From positions 1-45,526 of the forward strand of contig QHTZ01000057.1 of assembly GCA_003221005.1 (NCBI GenBank): a stretch of DNA of 45,526 bases, in the 5' to 3' direction. Below the pieces are notes generated by a model. The model did not search any database. It was not told where the DNA came from and saw only the letters and a list, made by a program, of their open reading frames with translations. The translations under genes were made by a program, and so were the position numbers. Within the stretch, counting starts at the first letter, position 1. Each line of letters opens with the position of its first letter. Positions 8,025 to 17,931 of this stretch are shown here, piece by piece. Source of the stretch: Gemmatimonadota bacterium (lineage in GTDB: Bacteria; Gemmatimonadota; Gemmatimonadetes; Gemmatimonadales; GWC2-71-9).

Positions 8025-8882
8025 ATGACGAAATGCGGCACCGTGGTGCTCGCCGGCCGCCCCAACGTCGGCAAGTCCACCCTGCTCAACGCGCTCGTGG
8101 GCGAGCATCTGGCGATCGTCTCGCCCAAGCCGCAGTCCACCCGGCTGCCGGTCGTCGGCCTACTGACTCGGGGCGACACGCAGTTCATCTTCACCGACTC
8201 GCCCGGCTTGCTCGAGCCCCAGTACGCGCTGCACGAGACGATGCGCGCCGCGGCCGTGCGCGCCATCGCTGACGCCGAGGTGATCGCCTACCTGCACCCG
8301 CTGCTCGAGTTTCCCGCGCCCGACCTGCAGACAGTGGCGCGCCTCGAGAAACCGCCGCGCGCTGTCGTAGTGACGGTCTACACCAAGGCCGACGTGGTTC
8401 GACCGTCCGACCGTCCGACCGTCCGACCGTCCGACGGGGTGGTGGTCTCCGCGCTGCGGGGTGAAGGCATGGACACGCTCCTTGAGCGGCTTGCGGCGCA
8501 CCTGCCCGAGGGTCCATTTCACTACGACCCCGAGGAGATGGCGACGCAGCCGGCCCGGTTCTTCGCGGCCGAATTCATTCGCGAGGCGGCGTTCGAGCAG
8601 CTGCACGAGGAGTTGCCCTACAGCGTCGCCGTGGAGATCGATGAGTTCCGGGAGGGTGCAAGCCCGGTATATATTCGGGCGGTGGTGTGCGTCGAGCGCG
8701 ACAGCCAAAAGGGTATCGTGATCGGCGAGGGGGGTCGCACCATCAAACGGCTCGGGACCGCCGCCCGCGCCAAAATCGAAGCGTTGCTCGACACCCGCGT
8801 GTTCCTGGAGCTGCACGTCAAGGTGTTGCCGAAGTGGCGCCGCCACCAACCGTCGCTCAAGCGTCTGGGGTACGCCGGATGA
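8025..8882 (+). CDS. era: GTPase Era
   Basis: [23 protein letters not shown]-motifs; EELPYS and [11 protein letters not shown] domain. Confidence 0.95.
   Translation: MTKCGTVVLAGRPNVGKSTLLNALVGEHLAIVSPKPQSTRLPVVGLLTRGDTQFIFTDSPGLLEPQYALHETMRAAAVRAIADAEVIAYLHPLLEFPAPDLQTVARLEKPPRAVVVTVYTKADVVRPSDRPTVRPSDGVVVSALRGEGMDTLLERLAAHLPEGPFHYDPEEMATQPARFFAAEFIREAAFEQLHEELPYSVAVEIDEFREGASPVYIRAVVCVERDSQKGIVIGEGGRTIKRLGTAARAKIEALLDTRVFLELHVKVLPKWRRHQPSLKRLGYAG
8400..8435 (+). repeat. Octamer tandem repeat (GACCGTCC)x4 inside era
   Basis: Four perfect units at 8401-8432, translated as [12 protein letters not shown]. Confidence 0.95.
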
Positions 8883-9049
8883 GCCTTGCGCCCGACCTCC
8901 TGGAGATTCTCGTCTGCCCCAAGTGCAAGGGCCCGCTCGAGCATCGCACGGCGCCGCGGGAGGAGCTGGTATGCCATGCCTGCCGCTTGATCTACGCGGT
9001 CGAGGACGACATTCCCATCATGTTGATCGATGAGGCGAAGCATTTCTGA
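8879..9049 (+). CDS. Trm112/YcaR (UPF0434) family protein
   Basis: ATGA overlap with era; [14 protein letters not shown]...LVC..C...[15 protein letters not shown]. Confidence 0.92.
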   Translation: MSLAPDLLEILVCPKCKGPLEHRTAPREELVCHACRLIYAVEDDIPIMLIDEAKHF

Positions 9050-10244
9050 CGGACGGTCGGACCGCCGGACGGTCGGACAGGCTGCCCTGGTGGCGCTTCT
9101 CCTGTCCATCGGTCCGACCGTCCGACCGTGCCGCCCGCAGGCCGTCAACAACGCCGGTGCGCTCTTCCTTTCGTTGCCGGTGGGCGCGCGGGCCGTCGGC
9201 ATGGGTCAGACCGCGGTGGCGCTCGCCGGGCGCGGCGAAGCCGCCTTCTGGAATCCGGCGGGCCTCGCGACCATGCCGGAGAGTGAGTTTGCGCTCGAGA
9301 GCGCGAGCCTCGCGGCGGGCGCGAGTCACGCGCTCACCGCCTACTTCCACTCGCACGGCATCGGGGTGATCGGCGGGGCAGTGTACCTCCTCGATTATGG
9401 CGACCTCGACCGCACCGACTCGACCAACAACACGATCGCCCGCATCTCTCCGCGCAACCTCGAGTTTCTCGCTTCGTACGCGACCGAGCTGGGTAGCTCA
9501 CTGACGCTGGGAATCAACTACAAGCTGGTCGAGTTCCGCGTGGACTGCAGCGGCGACTGTCGCGATTTCCCGGGCGGCCAAGGGGTCACCAACGGGGTGG
9601 ACATCGGCGGCCAGCTCGCCGTCGGCGCCGATGGCGCGTTGCGGGTCGGTGTCGCCGTGCGCAACATCGGCTTTAAGCTGCAGGTGAACAACCGCGACCA
9701 GGCGGATGCGCTCCCCGCCCGCCTCGTGATCGGCGCGCTGTACCGGCTGGCGCTGCACGTCGAGCGGGGGGCCGCGGGCGGGAGCGGCGACGGGATCGAC
9801 GTGAACCTCGCGGCCGACGTGGACAGCCGGTGGGGGAGCTACGGCGACTCACAGATGCGCTTGGGGGTGGACGTCGGGTACCAGCGTATGCTGCGGGTGC
9901 GCGGCGGCTACGCCTTCGTGCGCGATGGCTTGAGCGGGCCGTGTGTGGGGATGGGCGTCACGAGCGGCGCTATCGGAGTCGACCTCGCGCGCTCGTTCTT
10001 GAGCAGCTCGGATTTCGTGGCGGATAACCGATGGCGCTGGTCGGCTGGCAGGCCGGCGTCGGCCAGGGGGTGGGCGGGGGGGCGGGGGCGGGGGACTCGG
10101 GGCAGGCGGCGCGGCGGCGCTTCTGGGTCCGACCCGTCGCTTCCTTTCTTCTTCCCGGCTCAGGTCAGTTCCTGTCTCACCAGAACCGCGCGGCGGGATA
10201 CGTCGCCGCTGAACTTTACACCCTGGTCCGCTACTTCCAACTGA
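9030..10244 (+). CDS. PorV/PorQ (UPF0164) family outer-membrane beta-barrel; homology appears to end near 10029 and the native C-terminus is probably lost
   Basis: [24 protein letters not shown] motif and alternating beta strands. After ...DFVADN the frame becomes low-complexity and overlaps the next gene by ~210 bp. Confidence 0.75.
   Translation: MRRSISDGRSDRRTVGQAALVALLLSIGPTVRPCRPQAVNNAGALFLSLPVGARAVGMGQTAVALAGRGEAAFWNPAGLATMPESEFALESASLAAGASHALTAYFHSHGIGVIGGAVYLLDYGDLDRTDSTNNTIARISPRNLEFLASYATELGSSLTLGINYKLVEFRVDCSGDCRDFPGGQGVTNGVDIGGQLAVGADGALRVGVAVRNIGFKLQVNNRDQADALPARLVIGALYRLALHVERGAAGGSGDGIDVNLAADVDSRWGSYGDSQMRLGVDVGYQRMLRVRGGYAFVRDGLSGPCVGMGVTSGAIGVDLARSFLSSSDFVADNRWRWSAGRPASARGWAGGRGRGTRGRRRGGASGSDPSLPFFFPAQVSSCLTRTARRDTSPLNFTPWSATSN
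9051..9131. repeat. GGACGGTC/GACCGTCC octamer units in inverted orientation flanking the signal-peptide hydrophobic core
   Basis: GGACGGTCGGACCGCCGGACGGTCGGACAG ... CTGTCCATCGGTCCGACCGTCCGACCGT. Confidence 0.8.
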
Positions 10245-10804
10245 CCCACACCGGCCGGAGCGCCGCCGATCAGTTCCGCGATCTCGCCTTTCAGGTTGCC
10301 CGCCACGACTTCGCTCCCACGGGGCGTGACACGGCGTTCGAGTATTACGAAACGATGGAGCGCTACATGGCGAGCGGCGCGTTCAACCGGGCACCGGGGC
10401 CGGGCCTCGTGCCCGAGAGCGACAGTACGACGTACAACGGGGCGGTGTGGCTGCTCGCCCGGCGCACATTCTGGCGCGACCCCGCCAGCCCGCCGGATCC
10501 GACCTCGCGCGAGTACCAGAGTGCCCTGCAGTTCTACCAGGCCCACGCCGTAGGGGAGGGGTACCTCTGGTCGTGGCACGGCGTCGAGGCCCAGCTGGCC
10601 GAGTTCCGCGCCGCCGTGGCCAGGAGCGACAACGCCTTCCGGAGCGCGCAGGATCAGCTCGGGCTGCTGCTCGCCAATCACGTCGCAAGCGCGGTGGACG
10701 CCTTGATCTCGAGTCGCCTCGCCAGCGCCGTGCGGCGACCGGCCGCTCTCCATACCGCCCTCGGCCGACGCGGCTTCGCGGTCAACGTTTCCCTGGGTTT
10801 CTAG
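10031..10804 (+). CDS. Hypothetical membrane/exported protein ([10 protein letters not shown] motif, DUF5683-like); start uncertain
   Basis: Coding-like codon bias; ends in a beta-strand VNVSLGF; the N-terminus looks like a clipped signal peptide. Confidence 0.7.
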   Translation: MALVGWQAGVGQGVGGGAGAGDSGQAARRRFWVRPVASFLLPGSGQFLSHQNRAAGYVAAELYTLVRYFQLTHTGRSAADQFRDLAFQVARHDFAPTGRDTAFEYYETMERYMASGAFNRAPGPGLVPESDSTTYNGAVWLLARRTFWRDPASPPDPTSREYQSALQFYQAHAVGEGYLWSWHGVEAQLAEFRAAVARSDNAFRSAQDQLGLLLANHVASAVDALISSRLASAVRRPAALHTALGRRGFAVNVSLGF

Positions 10805-10854
10805 CGCGGTGCAGGCCGAGCCCATCCTTCAAGGATGGGAAAATTACGGCTGGT

Positions 10855-10883
10855 TTGACACTCCGGCCTACGGGACCTAAGTT
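10855..10883 (+). promoter_or_regulatory. Sigma70-type promoter for the diguanylate cyclase operon
   Basis: TTGACA (10855-10860), 17-nt spacer, TAAGTT (10878-10883); GAGGAG RBS before GTG 10916. Confidence 0.7.
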
Positions 10884-10915
10884 TAAGTGGGCTCAACCCT
10901 TACGCGAGGAGCCAG

Positions 10916-11890
10916 GTGCGGACGCGCCCGACGATTCTCTTCTTCTCGCCGGCCGGCCGTTCCGCACCTCACTCCCTGAGGCAGTGGGCGGACGGGAAGG
11001 GCCTGACCGTCCTCCAGATTCCCGCCGCAGCCGCGGTCCAGGAGATCGTGATGCGATCCCTGCCGCAGCTCGTGGTCATTGACGCGGATGGCTCCGAGGC
11101 AGCCGGCCTCGAGCTGTGCGCCCAGCTCAAGGCCGATTCCTACTCCGCCATCGTGCCGCTCGCCGCGGTCGCCACCCGCCATACGACCAACGGTGTGAAG
11201 GCCTGGTTCGCCGCGGGAGCCGACGAGGTCATCACGCCGCTGTTCGAGCCCGCGGAGCAGGTGAGCCGGCTCGACGGCCTGATGACCCGCACGGCGCGCG
11301 ACGTGGCGGTGAACCCCTCCACCCGCCTGCCGGGCACGACCGAGATCGAGCGGGCGATCCGACGGCGCATGGAGGACGGCGGGTTATTCGCCGTGTGTTA
11401 TGCCGACCTCGATCACTTTAAGGAATACAACGATCGCTACAGCTACTACGACGGCGATCGCGTCATCTATATCCTGTCGCGCATCTTGCACGACGTCGTC
11501 AATGGCATGCTGGGCGCCCAGGGGTTCGTGGGTCACATCGGCGGGGATGACTTCATCTTGGTGATTCCGTTCGAATCGATTGCGGCCGTATGCAGTGAGA
11601 TCCTCGAGGTGTTCGACACGTTGATCCCCTATCAGTACAACGAGCAGGACCGGCGCGCCGGGTATTACTTCGGCAAGGACCGCCGCGGGCAGCTGCACCG
11701 CGTTCCCCTGATGACGCTCTCTATCGGGATCGTCACGAATCAGCACCGGAGGTTCGCGCATCCAGCCCAGGTGAGTGAGCTCGCCACCGAGATGAAGAGT
11801 TACGCCAAGACGCAGGTAGGATCGGTGTTTGTGGTCGACCGGCGACACGACCCCGAGCCGGACGACGACAGCGGGGGACGCCCGCGCTGA
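10916..11890 (+). CDS. Receiver-like plus GGDEF diguanylate cyclase
   Basis: LPQLVVID and AGADEVI receiver features; NPSTRLPG, YADLDHFKEYNDRY, GDRVI, GHIGGDDF. Confidence 0.9.
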   Translation: MRTRPTILFFSPAGRSAPHSLRQWADGKGLTVLQIPAAAAVQEIVMRSLPQLVVIDADGSEAAGLELCAQLKADSYSAIVPLAAVATRHTTNGVKAWFAAGADEVITPLFEPAEQVSRLDGLMTRTARDVAVNPSTRLPGTTEIERAIRRRMEDGGLFAVCYADLDHFKEYNDRYSYYDGDRVIYILSRILHDVVNGMLGAQGFVGHIGGDDFILVIPFESIAAVCSEILEVFDTLIPYQYNEQDRRAGYYFGKDRRGQLHRVPLMTLSIGIVTNQHRRFAHPAQVSELATEMKSYAKTQVGSVFVVDRRHDPEPDDDSGGRPR

Positions 11891-12699
11891 TGAACGTCAC
11901 CTGCCCGTCGTGCGAGACCGTCTATCGCGTGGACCCCGCCAAGGTCCCGGCGGGAGGGGTGCGCGCGCGCTGTGCCGTGTGCAACAACGTGTTTGCGGTG
12001 ACTCAGACGTCTCCCGCGGCCACGCCGGCTCGAGCAGCCCCCGTCGCCCCCGTCCCCCCGGCGCCTCCGCCTGCCACTGCGGCGCCGGTGTTCACGCCGA
12101 AGCCCCCGCCCGTGGCGGCGCCCCCGCCCAGACCTGCCCCCGTACCTCCGGTGCAGCCGCGACCGCCGTTCGCCCGGCCGTCCGGTGCGGTGGGCGCGCC
12201 CGTGGCGCCGCCGCGCCCGGCGGTACCTCCCGCGGCACCGCCTGTCGGTGCGCCGCCCCCACGGCCTGTTGCACCGCCGGCGGCTCGCGCGGCGCCCGTG
12301 GCCGCACCGCCGACGCCACCGTCGACTCCCCGGGCGGCCCCTGCGGCACCTGTGCCCGCTCCCGCGCCTGCTCCTGCTCCCCCAGCCCCTGGGCCCGTGG
12401 GCGGTCCAGGAAAGCGGATGACGGGTCCGCTCCGCCCCGTCAATCCGTTCATGGTGCAGGATCCCAAGCAGAAGGCCCGTCGGCTCGCTCGCGCGCTGGT
12501 CTCCGACCTCGTGGTGTACCACCCTGAAAAGCGACAGCAGGGGATTCGGGATGGCACGTTGCCCCTGCTGTTCAAGGACGAGATCGAAAAGAGCTGGCGG
12601 GAGTACGTGGAGCAGGTGGGGACGGACCTCGCCAAGAGCACGCCCTTCTGGACGGAGGCGCTCAACGAGATTCTCGCAGGAGGTGGCAAGGTCTTCTGA
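11890..12699 (+). CDS. MJ0042-type zinc-ribbon protein with a Pro/Ala linker and a C-terminal RomX-like helical domain
   Basis: MNVTCPSC...VRARCAVCNNVF zinc ribbon; ~140-aa Pro/Ala linker; KARRLARALVSDLVVY...FWTEALNEIL; TGATG overlap with the upstream gene. Confidence 0.85.
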   Translation: MNVTCPSCETVYRVDPAKVPAGGVRARCAVCNNVFAVTQTSPAATPARAAPVAPVPPAPPPATAAPVFTPKPPPVAAPPPRPAPVPPVQPRPPFARPSGAVGAPVAPPRPAVPPAAPPVGAPPPRPVAPPAARAAPVAAPPTPPSTPRAAPAAPVPAPAPAPAPPAPGPVGGPGKRMTGPLRPVNPFMVQDPKQKARRLARALVSDLVVYHPEKRQQGIRDGTLPLLFKDEIEKSWREYVEQVGTDLAKSTPFWTEALNEILAGGGKVF

Positions 12700-12743
12700 G
12701 ACTGGCCCGGGGTTCGCTAACCTGTTATATTTCCTCGCAGTTA

Positions 12744-12775
12744 GAGCCGTCCTCCGGGAAGCCGGCGGACGGCTC
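12744..12775 (+). other. GC-rich hairpin in the prfB leader (terminator or regulatory)
   Basis: GAGCCGTCC-T-CCGG-GAAG-CCGG-C-GGACGGCTC; no clear U-tract. Confidence 0.45.
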
Positions 12776-12807
12776 ATATCTTACCTAGCCAAGCGAGCGA
12801 GCGATCC

Positions 12808-13936
12808 GTGGCCCTATCCGACCGTTTCCAAGACTTCCAACGGCGCCTCACCGAGCTCCGGGGCTTCCTTTGAGGTAGATGGGAAGGTCAAGCGCCTCGG
12901 GGAGTTGGAGCACGTGATGGCCGAGGGCAACATCTGGTCCGACCCGGCGCAGGCCAGCCAGGTGGTGCAAGAGGTCAAGGAGCTCAAGCGCTGGGTCGAG
13001 CCCTACCAGGCCGTGCGCAAGCGGATTGACGACGCGCGGGCCCTCTACGAGCTGTCACAGGACGAGTCAGACGAAGGGCACGCGCATCTCGTGGCCGAGG
13101 TCCTCAAGGGGAGATCGCTCGAAGACGAGGCTGACCGCATTGCCGCCGACCTCGAAGCCCTCGAGCTTCAGAACATGCTCCAGGGTCCCGATGACTCGCG
13201 CGCTGCGCTCCTCACCATCCATCCGGGTGCGGGCGGCACCGAGTCGCAGGACTGGGCCGAGATGCTGATGCGGATGTACGTGCGCTGGGCCGAGCGGCAC
13301 GGCTTCAAGGTCGAGGTTCTGGACCTCCTCGAAGGAGAGGAAGCCGGGATCAAGTCCGCCGAGATCCAGATCAGCGGCCGCTACGCCTACGGGCTGCTCA
13401 AGGCGGAAAAGGGGGTGCACCGGCTGGTGCGCATCTCGCCGTTCGACGCCCAATCCCGACGGCACACCTCCTTCGCCTCGGTGTTCGTCTACCCCGTGGT
13501 CGACGAGGACATCGAGATCGAGATCCGGGACGAGGACTTGCGGGTGGACACGTTCCGTGCGTCGGGGAAAGGCGGCCAGCACGTCAACAAGACGTCGTCG
13601 GCGGTGCGGATCACGCACCTCCCGACTGGCATCGTGGTCTCGTGTCAGCAGGAGCGCAGTCAGCACAAGAACAAGGCCACGGCGCTCAAGATGCTGAAGG
13701 CGCGGCTGTACGAGCGGGCGGTCGAGGAGCGGGAGGCGAAGAAAGCGGAGGTGGACAAGCAGAAGATGGATATCGCGTTCGGCAACCAGATCCGGTCCTA
13801 CGTGTTCCAGCCCTACACGATGGTCAACGACCACCGCACCGACCTGAAGGTGAGCGACGTCCACAAGGTGATGGACGGCGATCTCGACCCCTTCATCGAG
13901 GCGTTCCTCAAGCGCTTCGGGAGCAAGGCCGCGTGA
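12808..13936 (+). CDS. prfB: Peptide chain release factor 2 with a programmed +1 frameshift
   Basis: GTG 12808 gives [21 protein letters not shown], then CTT TGA at 12868-12873; the +1 frame continues EVDGK...; SPF and GGQ motifs. Confidence 0.96.
12859..12874 (+). promoter_or_regulatory. RF2 autoregulatory frameshift site CGG GGC TTC CTT TGA G
   Basis: Internal SD-like GGGG, 3-nt spacer codon, CTT-TGA slippery stop. Confidence 0.9.
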
Positions 13937-15408
13937 CGAGCTTCGTCGAAGAGGCCCGGCGCGAGAAGCTCAAGGAGCTTCGGAAGCGCGGCGTGGAGCC
14001 ATTCGGCTACCGGTTCGAGCGCACCAGTCTCGCCCGGAGCGCTCTCGATGGATTCCGCGAAGACGACAAAGCAGTGCATCGCTTAGCGGGCCGGCTTGTG
14101 TTGCTGCGCCCGATGGGGAAGGTCACGTTTGGCCACCTCGAGGACGCGAGCGGCCGGATCCAGCTTTACTTCAAGCGGGACTTTTTGGGGGACGACACGT
14201 ACGGGGTCTTGAAGCTCCTGGATCTGGGCGACCTCGTGGGCGTCGAGGGCCCACTGTTCCGCACCCAGACGGGCGAGGTCACCCTCCAGGTTCGGGGACT
14301 CACTGTGCTCGCGAAGTCGCTCCGACCGTTGTCCCTCGGCAAGGAGGACGCGAGCGGGGTGCGTCACGGCGAGCTGTCGGATCCGGAGCTACGGGCCCGT
14401 CAGCGTTATGCTGACCTGGCGGTGCACCCTGAAGTCCGCGAGGTGTTCAAGCTGCGGGCGCGTGTCGTGAGCTTCATCCGCAAGTTCCTGGACGCGCGGG
14501 GGTATCTCGAGGTCGAGACACCGGTGCTGCAGCCGCTGTATGGTGGCGCCGCGGCGCGTCCGTTCAAGACGCACTACGAGGCACTCGATACCACCGTCTA
14601 CCTACGCATCGCCGACGAGTTGTACCTCAAGCGATGCATCGTTGGGGGGCTCGAGCGGGTGTACGAGATAGGGCATGACTTTCGGAACGAGGGTTTGTCG
14701 CGCTTCCACAATCCGGAATTCACCATGGCTGAATGGTACGAGGCTTATGCCGACTACGAGGTGATGCGGGAGATCGCGGAATCCATGGTTGCGAACATGG
14801 TGGAGGAACTGTTCGGCACGACGACGCTGGAGCGCCACGGAGCGACGCTTTCGTTTCAGCGCCCCTTCGCTCGTAAAGACTATTACTCGCTCGTGCGTGA
14901 AACGGCGGGTGTGGACCTCATGAGCGCCACAGGGGCCGAATTGCGCGAAGCGCTCAAACGCCGCAATGTCGTCGAGACCGATCAGCTCACCATGCCGAAG
15001 CTGACGGATGAAGTCTTCAAGACCTACGTCGAGCCCACGCTCGTGCAACCCACGTTCGTGTTCGACTACCCGAAATCCCTGTCCCCCCTTGCGAAGGTGA
15101 AGCGAGGCGATCCGCAGCGGGTAGAGCGGTGGGAGCTGTTCATCCAGAAGCGTGAGGTCGCCAACGCGTTCAGCGAGCTCAACGACCCCGAGGACCAAGC
15201 CGAGCGGTTCGCGCAACAGGCGAATCTGCGGGCCGCGGGGGACCAGGAAGCGCAGCAGCTCGACGAGGACTTCCTCCGGGCGCTCGAGTACGGCATGCCG
15301 CCGACGGGCGGCGTCGGTCTCGGTGTCGACCGGCTGCTGATGATCCTCGCGGACCAGGCAAACATCCGCGAGGTGATTCTGTTCCCGATGCTGCGGCCCC
15401 AGGAATGA
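13933..15408 (+). CDS. lysS: Lysyl-tRNA synthetase, class II
   Basis: GTGA overlap with prfB; OB-fold N-terminus; [33 protein letters not shown]. Confidence 0.97.
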   Translation: MTSFVEEARREKLKELRKRGVEPFGYRFERTSLARSALDGFREDDKAVHRLAGRLVLLRPMGKVTFGHLEDASGRIQLYFKRDFLGDDTYGVLKLLDLGDLVGVEGPLFRTQTGEVTLQVRGLTVLAKSLRPLSLGKEDASGVRHGELSDPELRARQRYADLAVHPEVREVFKLRARVVSFIRKFLDARGYLEVETPVLQPLYGGAAARPFKTHYEALDTTVYLRIADELYLKRCIVGGLERVYEIGHDFRNEGLSRFHNPEFTMAEWYEAYADYEVMREIAESMVANMVEELFGTTTLERHGATLSFQRPFARKDYYSLVRETAGVDLMSATGAELREALKRRNVVETDQLTMPKLTDEVFKTYVEPTLVQPTFVFDYPKSLSPLAKVKRGDPQRVERWELFIQKREVANAFSELNDPEDQAERFAQQANLRAAGDQEAQQLDEDFLRALEYGMPPTGGVGLGVDRLLMILADQANIREVILFPMLRPQE

Positions 15409-16742
15409 CGCTCCCTTCTCCGGCGGTGTGGCTCGCCACGGGCGCGGGAGCGGTGCTGCTCCTCGCCGTCCGCTTCGCGCGGGAGCTGTGGCCGAGCCGG
15501 CTGGAGCGCCAGATCGCCCTGCGCTACCTGCGCAGCCACCGCTCGTCGCGGCTCGTGTCGCTCATCACGCTTATCGCCGTGGGAGGCGTGACCGTCGGCG
15601 TCATGGCCCTGGTGGTCGTCCTCGGAGTGATGAACGGCCTCCAGTCCGACCTGCGCGACAAGATCCTCGTCGCCAATCCGCATCTCCGCGTCCTCACCTA
15701 TGGCGAGGGGTTGCGGGTGGACGATTGGCGCCGCGCGCTCGAGCAGGTGCGCCGCATGCCCGGCGTGGTGGCGGCGGCGCCGTTCGTGATGACCCAGGGC
15801 CTGCTCTCGGCGGGCCACGACTACGCCGAGGGGGTCGTCGTGCTCGGCGTGGAGCCGGATACCGGCACGCGGGCCGTGACGACGTTCGCGCGACACTTCG
15901 TCAAGGGCGATCTCCGCTTCCGCACCCGCCGCGCGGACGTCGAGGGCGGGGTGGCGCTAGGCACGCGGCTCGCGAGCAAGCTGTCCGCGTACCCCGGGGG
16001 CGTGGTGACGCTGGTGTCGCCTGCCGGCGCGCGCTTTAACCCGAGCCTCGGCGCCTTCGTGCCACAATTCCACCGCTACGAGGTGACGGGGATTTTCGAC
16101 ACCGGGATGTACGAGTACGACAATAATTATGTCGCGCTGCGGCGCCCCGTGGCGCAGCGCTTCGCGGGGCTCGACACGGCGGTGACTGGGATCGAGGTGC
16201 GGCTCGCCGATCCCTGGAACGCCGCGGCGCTCGGGCAACAGCTCGAGCTGCAGTTGGGGTATCCCTACCGCGTGCTCGACTGGCAGTCTCAGAACGCATC
16301 CCTCTTCTCGGCCCTGAAGCTCGAGAAACTCGCGATGGCCCTCGTAGTGTTCCTCATCTGCGTGGTGGCGGCCTTCAACGTGGTGGGGACCTTGACGATG
16401 GTCGTGCGTGACAAGACACGGGAGATCGGGATCCTGCTCGCCATGGGGCTCGAACGCGCGTCGATCCGGCGGATCTTCCTCGCGCAAGGGATCCTGATTG
16501 GGGTCGTGGGGACGTCGCTCGGCGCAGTGCTCGGCTTCGTGCTGGGCGGGATGGTGAACCGCGGCCAATGGATCCACATCGACCCCTCCATCTACTTCAT
16601 CGATCACCTTCCCGTGCACACGCAGCCGGTCGACGCCATCCTCGTGATCGCCGCGAGCCTGTTCGTGGCGACGCTCGCGCCGCTTTACCCCGCGATTCAG
16701 GCGGCGCGGCTCGACCCCGTGACGGCGATCCGCTACGAATGA
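15405..16742 (+). CDS. Lipoprotein-releasing ABC permease, LolC/LolE/LolF family
   Basis: [56 protein letters not shown]. Confidence 0.92.
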   Translation: MTLPSPAVWLATGAGAVLLLAVRFARELWPSRLERQIALRYLRSHRSSRLVSLITLIAVGGVTVGVMALVVVLGVMNGLQSDLRDKILVANPHLRVLTYGEGLRVDDWRRALEQVRRMPGVVAAAPFVMTQGLLSAGHDYAEGVVVLGVEPDTGTRAVTTFARHFVKGDLRFRTRRADVEGGVALGTRLASKLSAYPGGVVTLVSPAGARFNPSLGAFVPQFHRYEVTGIFDTGMYEYDNNYVALRRPVAQRFAGLDTAVTGIEVRLADPWNAAALGQQLELQLGYPYRVLDWQSQNASLFSALKLEKLAMALVVFLICVVAAFNVVGTLTMVVRDKTREIGILLAMGLERASIRRIFLAQGILIGVVGTSLGAVLGFVLGGMVNRGQWIHIDPSIYFIDHLPVHTQPVDAILVIAASLFVATLAPLYPAIQAARLDPVTAIRYE

Positions 16743-17440
16743 GCGCGCTACTCGAGGCCCGGGGCATCCGCAAGGTCTTCGCGGGCGGCGACGGCCAGCC
16801 GCTCGAGGTGCTGTCGGGGATCGACCTCGAGGTGCGCCGGGGCGAAGTGGTGGCGATCGTGGGGGCGTCAGGGGCGGGGAAGAGCACGCTGCTGCATCTG
16901 CTCGGCGCGCTCGACCGCGCGACTGCGGGGGACGTGTGGCTCGACGGCTCCCGCTACGCCGACTTGGACGCGATCGCACTGGCAGACATCCGGAATCGTA
17001 AGTTGGGCTTCGTCTTCCAGTTCCATCATCTGTTGCGGGAATTCTCCGCGCTCGAGAACGTGATGATGCCGCTGCTGATCGCCGGCATGCCGGCGCGGGG
17101 CGCGCGCGCCCGCGCCGAGGAGCTGCTCGCTCAGGTGGGCCTCGCCGGGCGCATGTCCCATCGACCGGCCGAGCTGTCGGGTGGCGAGCAGCAGCGCTGC
17201 GCCGTGGCGCGGGCGCTGGTGCACGACCCCAGCCTGGTGCTCGCCGATGAGCCGTCGGGGAATCTGGACCACGCGAACAGCGAGCGCCTGCACGACAACT
17301 TTTTCCGCCTGGCCCGGGAGTTCGAGACGGCGGTGGTGGTGGCGACGCACAGCCGGCCGCTCGCAGGGCGCGCGGACCGGATCCTGTGGCTCGAGGACGG
17401 GCGCATCACGGCGGTCGAATCGGTGGACGCGATACCCTGA
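16739..17440 (+). CDS. lolD: Lipoprotein-releasing ABC ATPase
   Basis: GASGAGKST, LolD motif GFVFQFHHLL, LSGGEQQR, LADEPSGNLD. Confidence 0.93.
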   Translation: MSALLEARGIRKVFAGGDGQPLEVLSGIDLEVRRGEVVAIVGASGAGKSTLLHLLGALDRATAGDVWLDGSRYADLDAIALADIRNRKLGFVFQFHHLLREFSALENVMMPLLIAGMPARGARARAEELLAQVGLAGRMSHRPAELSGGEQQRCAVARALVHDPSLVLADEPSGNLDHANSERLHDNFFRLAREFETAVVVATHSRPLAGRADRILWLEDGRITAVESVDAIP

Positions 17441-17931
17441 TGCTGTGCGACAGTTGCAAGGAACGGGAAGCGGTCATCAATCTGACCCAGGTGGAGCACG
17501 ACTCCAAAGTCACGCTCCACCTGTGCGAGCAGTGTGCCCAGGCGAAGGGCGTGGAGACCGGCGTCGCGGTGCTGAAATCCCCGCTGGGCGGCTTCATCAC
17601 GGCGATGGGGAAGGGAGCGACCAGCGTGCTCCCGACCACGGACGGGCTGCGGTGCTCCTCCTGCGGCGGCACCCTCAAGGACTTCCGTGACAGCGGCCGG
17701 TTAGGATGCGCGCAGTGCTACGAGGCCTTCGACGCGCATCTGCGCGACCTGTTGCGGCGCCTGCACGGGTCCAGCCAGCACGTGGGCGAGCGCTACGTGG
17801 TGCCCGGGGACGTCGACACGGACCCACGGCGCCAGCTGCTGGACCTGAGGGAGCAGCTGCGGCGGGCGGTCGAGAACGAGAACTTCGAGCTTGCGGCCGA
17901 GTTGCGCGACCGCATCCGGGTGCTCGAGTGA
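17440..17931 (+). CDS. mcsA: Protein-arginine kinase activator (CxxC x4, UVR domain)
   Basis: MLCDSC, HLCEQCA, CSSCG, GRLGCAQCY, ENFELAAELRDRI. Confidence 0.93.
   Translation: MLCDSCKEREAVINLTQVEHDSKVTLHLCEQCAQAKGVETGVAVLKSPLGGFITAMGKGATSVLPTTDGLRCSSCGGTLKDFRDSGRLGCAQCYEAFDAHLRDLLRRLHGSSQHVGERYVVPGDVDTDPRRQLLDLREQLRRAVENENFELAAELRDRIRVLE

Noticed and set aside
12551-12807. N-terminal extension of the prfB ORF (also the long upstream extensions of lysS, mcsB, bshC, uvrC and the TPR gene)
   Set aside because: They overlap upstream genes; the true starts are fixed by the frameshift site or by stop/start overlaps.
13075-13115. Possible insertion [12 protein letters not shown] in RF2
   Set aside because: This is a variable N-terminal region and cannot be judged without an alignment.
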